Source: Planctomycetales bacterium
GTDB lineage: Bacteria; Planctomycetota; JAKEIC01
NCBI GenBank assembly: GCA_022614695.1
Contig: JAKEIC010000077.1
Location: forward strand, 1-57,437
Length of the DNA: 57,437 nucleotides
Reading direction: 5' to 3'
Numbering within the stretch: the first letter of the stretch is position 1; each line of letters starts with the position of its first letter. The notes under the pieces were generated by a model. It did no database searches. It was not told where the DNA came from and was given only the letters and a program-made list of their open reading frames with translations. This document shows positions 35,480 to 42,397 of this stretch, in pieces. The position numbers and the translations under genes are program-made.

Positions 35480-36000
35480 GCCAGCCCTCCCAGACCCCCG
35501 GGACCGCCCTCCGCGCCGAGGACTTCTCCTCGGGCCGCGTGATCACGGTCCGGGACCGGCTCTTCACCCGCTACGCTTGGGACGCGGGGGTCGCCATCGG
35601 GCGCTACCTCGCGGGCCTCCGGCGCGGCGTGATCCTCGGCTCCCGCTGCCCGAAGTGCGACCGGACCGTCGTCCCGGTGCGCTCCTTCTGCGAGCGCTGC
35701 TTCTCGGCGCTCGTGGACGAGGTGCCGCTCACCGACCGCGGGACCGTCAACACGTTCTCGGTCACCTACGTCACGTGGGACATGAAGAAGCTCGAGAAGC
35801 CCCTCATCCCGGCCGTGATCGAGATCGAGGGGGCGAGCAAGGGCTGCGGGATCCTCCACCTCCTCGACCCCGACCTCGACCCGAAGACGGTGAAGGTCGG
35901 GATGCGGGTCCGGGCCGTCTGGAAGGGGACCCGGAGCCGGGAGGGGGCGATCACCGACATCCGCCACTTCGCGCGGCTCGAGGAAGGGGCGGGCGCGTGA
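35476..36000 (+). CDS. DUF35-type OB-fold / Zn-ribbon protein, first of two
   Basis: ATG 35476 overlaps the thiolase stop (ATGA). It has a CPKCDRTVVPVRSFCERC four-Cys ribbon followed by an OB-fold-like C-terminus. Confidence 0.75.
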   Translation: MSQPSQTPGTALRAEDFSSGRVITVRDRLFTRYAWDAGVAIGRYLAGLRRGVILGSRCPKCDRTVVPVRSFCERCFSALVDEVPLTDRGTVNTFSVTYVTWDMKKLEKPLIPAVIEIEGASKGCGILHLLDPDLDPKTVKVGMRVRAVWKGTRSREGAITDIRHFARLEEGAGA

Positions 36001-36464
36001 TCCCACACGTCGAGACGAACCAGGACCTCCGCGCGTGGCCCGGGGACATCCCCGTCGAGCACCTCTATACGGCAGGGCCGGCGGGGGACGCGGCGCTCCG
36101 CGCGATGAAGGAGCGGGCCGCCCTCCTCGGGAGCCGGTGCAACGCCTGCGCCGTCACCTACGTCCCCGCCCGCTACTTCTGCGAGCGCTGCTTCGCGAGG
36201 CTCAACGAGACGGTGGACGTGCCCGCCCGTGGGATCGTGAAGGCCGTGGCCGTCGTCTCCGAGGACCGCGACCGGAAGCCCCTCCGCAAGCCGGTCGTCC
36301 TCGGCCTCGTCGCGCTCGAGGGCGCGACGGGCGTCTTCCTCCACCGGCTCGGCGTGAAGAAGCTCGACCAGGCGAAGGTCGGCGCCCGCGTCGAGGCCGT
36401 CTGGAAGCCCCCCGAGGAGAGGACCGGGTCGGTGGAGGACCTCCTCCACTTCCGGGTGGTCTAG
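35997..36464 (+). CDS. DUF35-type OB-fold / Zn-ribbon protein, second of two
   Basis: GTG 35997 overlaps the upstream stop (GTGA). It has a CNACAVTYVPARYFCERC ribbon and is paralogous to the preceding gene. Confidence 0.7.
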   Translation: MIPHVETNQDLRAWPGDIPVEHLYTAGPAGDAALRAMKERAALLGSRCNACAVTYVPARYFCERCFARLNETVDVPARGIVKAVAVVSEDRDRKPLRKPVVLGLVALEGATGVFLHRLGVKKLDQAKVGARVEAVWKPPEERTGSVEDLLHFRVV

Positions 36465-36490
36465 GAAAAAATGCGCGGGGCCGCGACGGT

Positions 36491-36520
36491 GAGAGAGGTC
36501 CCCCCCTTTGGGCCTCTCTC
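36491..36520 (+). terminator. GC-rich hairpin downstream of the DUF35 operon (possible terminator, no U-tract)
   Basis: gagagaggtcc / ggcctctctc forms an 11-bp stem including one G.U, with an 8-nt loop, 27 nt after the stop at 36464. A second GC hairpin lies around 36536-36560. No T-run follows on the plus strand, and an A6 run precedes at 36468-36473. Confidence 0.35.
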
Positions 36521-36653
36521 CCCACCCGTCTGCGGCCCCGCACGCGCGAGTCTCGCGGGGCGGGGTCACGAGCGGGTCACCGAGCCATCACGCATCGCGT
36601 AGAATCCCGGCCGTGAACGTGCGGGTGTCCTCCCCGGTTCCCTCGAATCTCCC

Positions 36654-37727
36654 GTGCTGAGCCCGCACCCCGGGTCCCCGGGTCCCCGGCGCAAGCGCCC
36701 CTCCCGCGAGAAGGACTGGCAGCGCCGCAGCCGCGAGGAGCGCGACGAGTCGGCCGCGACCCGCGCCGCGCCTCGCGGGGCCAAGGAAGAGGCGATCGCG
36801 CCGCCCGACCTCTCCCGCCTCCCGCGCGGGACGGTCCTCATGCTCATGAAGGGGGTCTGCCAGGTGCGCTCGGACGAGGGGCGGACGCTCCGGTGCGTCA
36901 TCCGGCGGACCCTCCTCCCACCCGACCCCGGGACCGACCCGCCGGCCGTGGTCGGCGACTCGGTCCGGTTCACCGAGGACGCCCCGGGTGACGGCGCGAT
37001 CGAGGGCGTCGAGCCGCGCAAGAGCCGCCTCTTCCGCGTCCACCCGCAGGACGAGGGGAAGCCCCTCCCGCGGCTCCAGGTCCTGGCCGCCAACGTGGAC
37101 CAGGTGGCGATCGTCGCCTCGCTCCGCGAGCCCGACCTCCGGCCCGGGCTCGTGGACCGCTACCTCGTCGGGGCCGCCGTCTCCGAGATCCCGTCCCTCC
37201 TCGTCCTGAACAAGGCCGACCTCGCGCCCGATCCGGGCCCCGAGGAGGCCGCGTGGCGGGCGCTAGGGATCCCGATCCTCCGCACGAGCGCCCTCGAGGG
37301 GACCGGGATCGCCGAGCTGCGGGCGCAGCTCGCCGGCCGGCGCACGGTCCTCGGCGGCCACTCGGGGGTGGGGAAGAGCTCCCTCATGGCGGCGCTCGAC
37401 CCCGACCTCGAGGTGATCGTCTCGGACGTGAACCCGATCACGGGGAAGGGCCGCCACACGACCTCGAGCGCGCACCTCCTGCGGCTCGCGGGGGGGATGG
37501 AGGTGGTGGACACGCCCGGGATCCGCGAGTTCGCCCTGGCCGGGCTCGACGCGGACGACGTGGGCCTCTACTTCCCCGACATCGCCGCGCTCGCGCCGGG
37601 CTGCCACTTCACGCCCTGCACCCACCTCCACGAGCCGCAATGCGCCGTCCGCGGGGCGGTTGAGAGCGGGCAGGTCGCGCGGTTCCGCTTCGAGAGCTAC
37701 GAGAAGATCCGGAAGAGCCTCGAGTAG
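36654..37727 (+). CDS. rsgA: Ribosome small-subunit-dependent GTPase A
   Basis: It has LVLNKADL, GHSGVGKSSLMAAL, GKGRHTTSSAHLLRL, DTPGIREFAL and the Zn-cluster CHFTPCTHLHEPQCAV. The basic ~60-aa N-terminal extension makes the exact start uncertain. A TAGAAT box lies at 36600-36605. Confidence 0.9.
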   Translation: MLSPHPGSPGPRRKRPSREKDWQRRSREERDESAATRAAPRGAKEEAIAPPDLSRLPRGTVLMLMKGVCQVRSDEGRTLRCVIRRTLLPPDPGTDPPAVVGDSVRFTEDAPGDGAIEGVEPRKSRLFRVHPQDEGKPLPRLQVLAANVDQVAIVASLREPDLRPGLVDRYLVGAAVSEIPSLLVLNKADLAPDPGPEEAAWRALGIPILRTSALEGTGIAELRAQLAGRRTVLGGHSGVGKSSLMAALDPDLEVIVSDVNPITGKGRHTTSSAHLLRLAGGMEVVDTPGIREFALAGLDADDVGLYFPDIAALAPGCHFTPCTHLHEPQCAVRGAVESGQVARFRFESYEKIRKSLE

Positions 37728-37748
37728 CGAGGCCCGCCGCGGGCCGCG

Positions 37749-39644
37749 CTAGTACAGCCGGATCGCCGTGTCCACCGCCGGCGTGTGGACGAGGTAGTTC
37801 ATCCACTCGGCCACCGAGGGGAGGACCGGCCGGTCGGAGCGGTCGGCGATGTGGCCCAGCGCCACGAGGATGAGGGCCCGCGTCTCGGGGTCGGTCTCGG
37901 CCTTGAAGCGGGTGATCAGGGGACCCACCGCCGCCTCGTCCCGGAGCGCGCCGATCGCGAGGATCGTCGAGAGGCGGAGGTAGGAGTTCTTCTCCTCGAG
38001 GACGGGCAGGAGGCCCGCGGCGGTCCCGCGGGCGCCGGAGAGCCCCAGGGCGAGGGCGGCGGCGGCCCGGACCTCGGGGAGCGTCGAGGACTCGAGGAGC
38101 TTCTGAAGCCTCGGAAGTGACGTCGCCTCTCCGCCCAGCCCGAGCGCCACGGCCGCCATCGCGCGGAGCGTGGGCTCCCCGGGGGACTCGGCGAGCCGGA
38201 GGAGGTCCCCGATCGCCGTCTTCTCGCGCAGCAGCCCGAGCGCGATCGCGGCCGCGCCGCGCAGGCTCGGGTCCTCCTCGGAAAGGAGCGACTGGCGCAG
38301 AGGGGTCCCGGCCGCGGGGTCGCCGAGGACCCCGAGGGCCATCGCGGCGAACCCACGCCCCTCGTGGTTGCCGAGCGTCGAGAGCGCCTTCACGCACTCG
38401 GCCCGCACCTCCGCCGCCTCGGGGGCCGGGGCGGCGCCCGCCGGCCCGCGGGCGAGCCGCGCCGCGGCGAGGCGACCGAAGCGCTCGACCATCCGGTCGC
38501 GGTCCGAGGCGACCGCCCGGCGGACCGTCCCGAGGTCTCGGGCGTCGCCGATGGCCCCGAGCGCCAGCACGGCCGCGCGTCGGACGTCCTCGGCGCGGTC
38601 GGCCGAGAGCAGCCTCGCGAGGAGCGCGCGCGCCTCGGCGAGGCGCGCCTCGCCCCCGAGACTCGCCGCCCCGTCCCGCCCCGCGTGGCCGATCCCCGCG
38701 ATCGCGTAGGCCCGGACCGAGGCCTCCTCGCCCTCGCGCGCCGCCGCGCGGAGGAGGGCCGGAGCCCCTGCGGGGTCCCTCAGGAGCCCCAGGGCGAGGG
38801 CCGCGGCTCCCCGCACCTCGGCTTCCTCCCCCGTCCGCTCCAGGAGGGCCGCCAGCCCCGCGGCCGCGGCCCGGTCCCCCGAGAGCCCGGCCGCCAGCGC
38901 CGCTGCGGCGCGCAGCCTAGGCTCGCGCCGCACGCGGTCCTGGGCGACCGCCAGGATCTGCGGCACGACGGCCGACGCCCTCGAGAGCCCCATCGCCAGG
39001 AGCGCCGATTCGCGCACCTCGGGGTCGGGGTCCTCGAGGAGCGGCAGGAGGAGGGGCGCGAGGGTCGGTTCCCCCGCCTTCCCGATCGCGAGGGCGGCGG
39101 CCGCGCGCACGATGCCGGCCGGCCCTCGCAGCTCCTGGAGCAGGAACGCCCCTAGCGGCGTGGCGAGGAACGGGGTCGGACCTCCGGGCCCGGTCTTCTC
39201 CGCCACGCCCTTCCTCTCGACGCGCGCGTAGGCGTGCCTGTTCAGGAACCACCATTCCTCCCATCGCGTCTCGGCGGGGCTCGCGCGGGAGTTCCCGGGA
39301 CGCCTCGGGGCCGTGGGCCCCGTCGGTCCCAGGCCGCCCGGGTCCTTGACGCCTCCCGGCGGCACCAGCCCTCCCCCGGACCGCGCCGGGGCCGTCGGGC
39401 CCGTCGGCCCCGTCGGCCCGGTCGGGCCCGTCGGCGTCGTCGGCGTGGTCGTCGAGGGCTCTCCCGTCTGGGTGCTCGGATTGGGAGAGGGAGTCGGGTA
39501 GGCGGGAGGGTAGTAGGTCGGCGAGGGGTATGGGTTGGGGCTCGGCGTCGGCCAGGGCGTCGGGTGTATCCCGCCGTGGGCCGAGGCCGCACCAGCGAGC
39601 AGAGCAAGGATGGCGGGAGCCGCCGCGAGCACTCGGCCGTTCAT
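37749..39644 (-). CDS. Secreted HEAT-repeat (PBS-lyase-type) protein with a Pro/Thr-rich linker
   Basis: I prefer ATG 39644, giving MNGRVLAAAPAILALLAGAASAHG with ggagag SD-like upstream, over the track start 39719. It has a PTPWPTPSPNPYPSP...TGPTGPTGPTGPT linker and many repeats of the type LLxDPDPEVRxxAAxALG. Confidence 0.75.
   Translation of the reverse strand: MNGRVLAAAPAILALLAGAASAHGGIHPTPWPTPSPNPYPSPTYYPPAYPTPSPNPSTQTGEPSTTTPTTPTGPTGPTGPTGPTAPARSGGGLVPPGGVKDPGGLGPTGPTAPRRPGNSRASPAETRWEEWWFLNRHAYARVERKGVAEKTGPGGPTPFLATPLGAFLLQELRGPAGIVRAAAALAIGKAGEPTLAPLLLPLLEDPDPEVRESALLAMGLSRASAVVPQILAVAQDRVRREPRLRAAAALAAGLSGDRAAAAGLAALLERTGEEAEVRGAAALALGLLRDPAGAPALLRAAAREGEEASVRAYAIAGIGHAGRDGAASLGGEARLAEARALLARLLSADRAEDVRRAAVLALGAIGDARDLGTVRRAVASDRDRMVERFGRLAAARLARGPAGAAPAPEAAEVRAECVKALSTLGNHEGRGFAAMALGVLGDPAAGTPLRQSLLSEEDPSLRGAAAIALGLLREKTAIGDLLRLAESPGEPTLRAMAAVALGLGGEATSLPRLQKLLESSTLPEVRAAAALALGLSGARGTAAGLLPVLEEKNSYLRLSTILAIGALRDEAAVGPLITRFKAETDPETRALILVALGHIADRSDRPVLPSVAEWMNYLVHTPAVDTAIRLY
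39391..39444. repeat. Six tandem copies of a 9-nt unit (ccCGTCGGc) encoding (PTG)n in the HEAT protein linker
   Basis: The copies read gccgtcggg cccgtcggc cccgtcggc ccggtcggg cccgtcggc gtcgtcggc. The array is in frame and coding on the minus strand. Confidence 0.8.
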
Positions 39645-39861
39645 GGGTCTCTCCGACGGGGGAGCAGAGTCAACTCGGGCAAATGTCGGGCCGTCGAACG
39701 CCGCCTCGAGCCCCCCCACACGCTGACGGAACTGGTTGCCACAGCGGCAGGTGCGTGCATTCCATACCCGCGCGTCCGGGATCGGACGAGGTCCTGGATA
39801 CGCTGTTTACCCCCGTCTGTCCACTCTCTTGCCACGGAGCGCCGGAGATCTTCCCGGGGCC

Positions 39862-39890
39862 TTGGCCGCGCGAAACGCCGCGGCTAGAAT
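39862..39890 (+). promoter_or_regulatory. Candidate sigma70-type promoter for the NifU-like/serA/moeA/K6/K7 gene string
   Basis: TTGGCC (39862-39867), a 17-nt spacer, then TAGAAT (39885-39890). An AGGAGG SD lies just before the start. TAGAAT also recurs upstream of the thiolase (33094-33099) and rsgA (36600-36605). Confidence 0.45.
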
Positions 39891-39920
39891 CGAGCCTGGA
39901 CTCGCAGGAACGAACAGGAG

Positions 39921-40154
39921 GTGCCTGTGGCGCTCGACAAGCAGCAGGTTCTGGAAGCCCTGGACGAGATCCGGCACTTCCTGCAGGCGGACGGGGGCGA
40001 CTGCGAACTCGTGGGGGTCGAGGGCAACAACGTCCTCATCCACCTGGTGGGCGCCTGCTCCGGCTGCTCGTCCTCGACGATGACGCTCACGTCCGGGATC
40101 GAGAATCACCTGCGCGACCGCTTCCCCGATCTGGAAGCCTTGGTCCCCGTCTAG
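39921..40154 (+). CDS. NifU-like (Nfu C-terminal type) Fe-S cluster scaffold/carrier domain protein
   Basis: It reads IRHFLQADGGDCELVGVEGNNVLIHLVGACSGCSSSTMTL, including the CxxC motif. GTG 39927 fits the AGGAGG spacing better than 39921. Confidence 0.8.
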   Translation: MPVALDKQQVLEALDEIRHFLQADGGDCELVGVEGNNVLIHLVGACSGCSSSTMTLTSGIENHLRDRFPDLEALVPV

Positions 40155-40163
40155 GCCGCGCGC

Positions 40164-41144
40164 ATGCCTGCGAGCCGGCGAGTCCTGATCTCGGACGACC
40201 TGGCTCCCCCCTGCGTGGAGGTGCTGGCGAGCCGCGGGATCGCGGGGGACTACCGGCCCGGGATCTCGGCCGAGGAGCTTGCGAAGTTCCTCGCGGGGGC
40301 CGAGGGGCTGTTGGTCCGGAGCCGCACGAAGGTGACCGCCGCGGTCTTCGAGGGCGCGGACTCCCTCCGAGTCGTCGGCCGCGCCGGCTCGGGCGTGGAC
40401 AACGTGGACGTGCCGGCGGCGACGGCGAAGGGCGTCCTCGTGATGAACGTGCCGGGCGGGAACACGCGATCGGTCGCCGAGCACGCGATCGCGCTCCTGC
40501 TCGCGCTGCTGCGCCGGATCCCGGCCGCTCACGCCTCGACGTCGGCGGGGAAGTGGGAGAAGTCCAAGTTCGAGGGTCGCGAGGCCGCGGGGAAGACCCT
40601 CGGCATCGTGGGGCCCGGCAAGATCGGCCGCGAGGTCGCCGCGATCGCTCGCGCCCTCGGGATGACCCCCATCGCGTCGCACCCCTCGGCCGGCCCGGAG
40701 GCCTCGGCGAAGTACGGGCTCCCGATCGTCCCGCTCGCGGAGCTGCTCGCGCGCGCGGACGCCGTCACGCTGCACGTCCCCTCGACGCCCAGGACCCAGG
40801 GGATGATGAACGCCGACGCCTTCCGGAAGATGAAGCGGGGCGCCTACCTCGTGAACTGCGCGCGCGGGGACGTGGTGGACGAGGGGGCGCTGCTCGCCGC
40901 CCTCGACGGCGGGACGCTCGCGGGCGCGGCGGTGGACGTCTTCCCGGTCGAGCCGCCGCCGCCCGCCTCGAGGCTCCTCTCGCACCCGAAGGTGATCGTC
41001 ACGCCGCACATCGCGGCGAGCACGGTCGAGGCGCAGGAGCGTGTCGCCCTCGCGATCGCCGAGCAGGTGGCGCGCTACCTCGTGGACGGCGTGGTCGCGA
41101 ACGCGGTGAACGCACCCGCTCCGGCGGGTGCCCCGCGGAAGTAG
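40164..41144 (+). CDS. serA: D-3-phosphoglycerate dehydrogenase-like 2-hydroxyacid dehydrogenase (short form, no ACT domain)
   Basis: It has LLVRSRTKVT, VVGRAGSGVDNVDVPAATAKGVLVMNVPGGNTRSVAEHA, GKWEKSKFEGREAAGKTLGIVGPGKIGREVA and NCARGDVVDE. Confidence 0.7.
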   Translation: MPASRRVLISDDLAPPCVEVLASRGIAGDYRPGISAEELAKFLAGAEGLLVRSRTKVTAAVFEGADSLRVVGRAGSGVDNVDVPAATAKGVLVMNVPGGNTRSVAEHAIALLLALLRRIPAAHASTSAGKWEKSKFEGREAAGKTLGIVGPGKIGREVAAIARALGMTPIASHPSAGPEASAKYGLPIVPLAELLARADAVTLHVPSTPRTQGMMNADAFRKMKRGAYLVNCARGDVVDEGALLAALDGGTLAGAAVDVFPVEPPPPASRLLSHPKVIVTPHIAASTVEAQERVALAIAEQVARYLVDGVVANAVNAPAPAGAPRK

Positions 41145-41173
41145 GGGTCCCCGTGGGACACGACCATGGTCCG

Positions 41174-42397
41174 ATGCGCCCGTTCGGCGCGCTGATGCCG
41201 GTCGCCGAGGCGGCGGCGCGGCTCCTCACGGCGGTCCGCCCGGTGGAGGAGGCCGAGGAGGTCCCGATCGCGGACGCGGCCGGCCGGGTGGCCGCCGCGG
41301 AGCTCCTCGCCGAGGATCCGGTGCCGCGCTTCGCGCGAGCCGTGATGGACGGCTACGCGGTGCGCGCGGCCGGAGGTCTCCCCGCGGACTGGCCCTGGCG
41401 ACTCGTCCTCGCCGGGGCGGTGCACGCCGGCGAGACGCCGCCGCCGGTCCGAGCGGGCGAGTGCGTCCAGATCGCGACCGGGGCCCCGCTCCCGCCGGGG
41501 GCCGACACGGTGGTCCCCGTCGAGGAGACCCACCGCGACGGAGGCACGGTGCTCGTCCTCCGGGCGATCCCGGCCGGCGCCAACGTGTCGCCGGCCGGGG
41601 CCGACTTCCAGGAGGGGGACCTGGTCGTCGGCCAGGGCGATGCGCTCACGCCCGCGCGGGTCGGGGCCGCCGCGGCGGCAGGGGCCGCGGCGCTCCGCGT
41701 CTACCGCCGGCCGCGGGTCGCGATCTGGGGGAGCGGGGACGAGGTGAGGCCGCCGGGCGCGTCGCTCGGCCCCGGCCAGGTCCACGACGCCAACGGACCC
41801 GCGCTCGCGGCGCTCGTCCGCGCGCACGGGGGGACGCCGCTCGCGGGCGGGACCCTCCCCGACCGCGAGGACGCCGTCGAGGCCGCGCTCGGGGGCGGAT
41901 CGGGGGCCGACCTGACCGTCGTGACCGGCGGCACGTCCGTCGGGGAGCGGGACCTCGTCGGCCGGGTCCTCGGGCGGCTCGCCGAGGTGCTGTTCCACGG
42001 CCTCGCGGTCAAGCCGGGGCGGCCGACCCTCGGGGCCCGGGTCCGAGGCCAGCTCGTCCTGGGCCTCCCCGGGAACCCGACCTCATGCCTCCAGATGGCC
42101 TACGTCTTCCTCGTGCCCGCGCTGCGACGGATGGCGCGGCTCCCCGACTGGGCGCCCACGCGCGTCCGGGCGGTCCTCTCCGACTCGGTCAAGTCGCCCC
42201 CCGACAAGCACCACTACTTCTCCGTGCGGCTCGCGGCCGAGTCGGGCGCGCAGCCCCGGCTCCCCCGCGCCGTGCCGGCCTGGAAGGAGTCGGGCACGAT
42301 CTCGAGCCTCTCGCTCGCCGACGGCTGGATCGAGATCCCGGTCGGGGTCGCGACCCTGGCGGCCGGCGCCGAGGTGGAGGTGGTCCTGTTCGGATGA
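41174..42397 (+). CDS. moeA: Molybdopterin molybdenumtransferase
   Basis: It has MRPFGALMPVAEAAARLL, AVMDGYAVRA, IATGAPLPPGADTVVPVE, TGGTSVGERD, LAVKPGRPT and LPGNPTS. The track start at 39530 is a spurious upstream extension. Confidence 0.85.
   Translation: MRPFGALMPVAEAAARLLTAVRPVEEAEEVPIADAAGRVAAAELLAEDPVPRFARAVMDGYAVRAAGGLPADWPWRLVLAGAVHAGETPPPVRAGECVQIATGAPLPPGADTVVPVEETHRDGGTVLVLRAIPAGANVSPAGADFQEGDLVVGQGDALTPARVGAAAAAGAAALRVYRRPRVAIWGSGDEVRPPGASLGPGQVHDANGPALAALVRAHGGTPLAGGTLPDREDAVEAALGGGSGADLTVVTGGTSVGERDLVGRVLGRLAEVLFHGLAVKPGRPTLGARVRGQLVLGLPGNPTSCLQMAYVFLVPALRRMARLPDWAPTRVRAVLSDSVKSPPDKHHYFSVRLAAESGAQPRLPRAVPAWKESGTISSLSLADGWIEIPVGVATLAAGAEVEVVLFG

Noticed and set aside
36465-36653. 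The 189-nt intergenic region was examined for a tRNA or small RNA, because ggttccctcgaatc vaguely resembles a T-arm.
   Set aside because: There is no GGTTCGAATCC-type T-loop with a flanking 5-bp stem, and no acceptor or anticodon arms can be drawn. The hairpins there are better explained as terminator and promoter elements.
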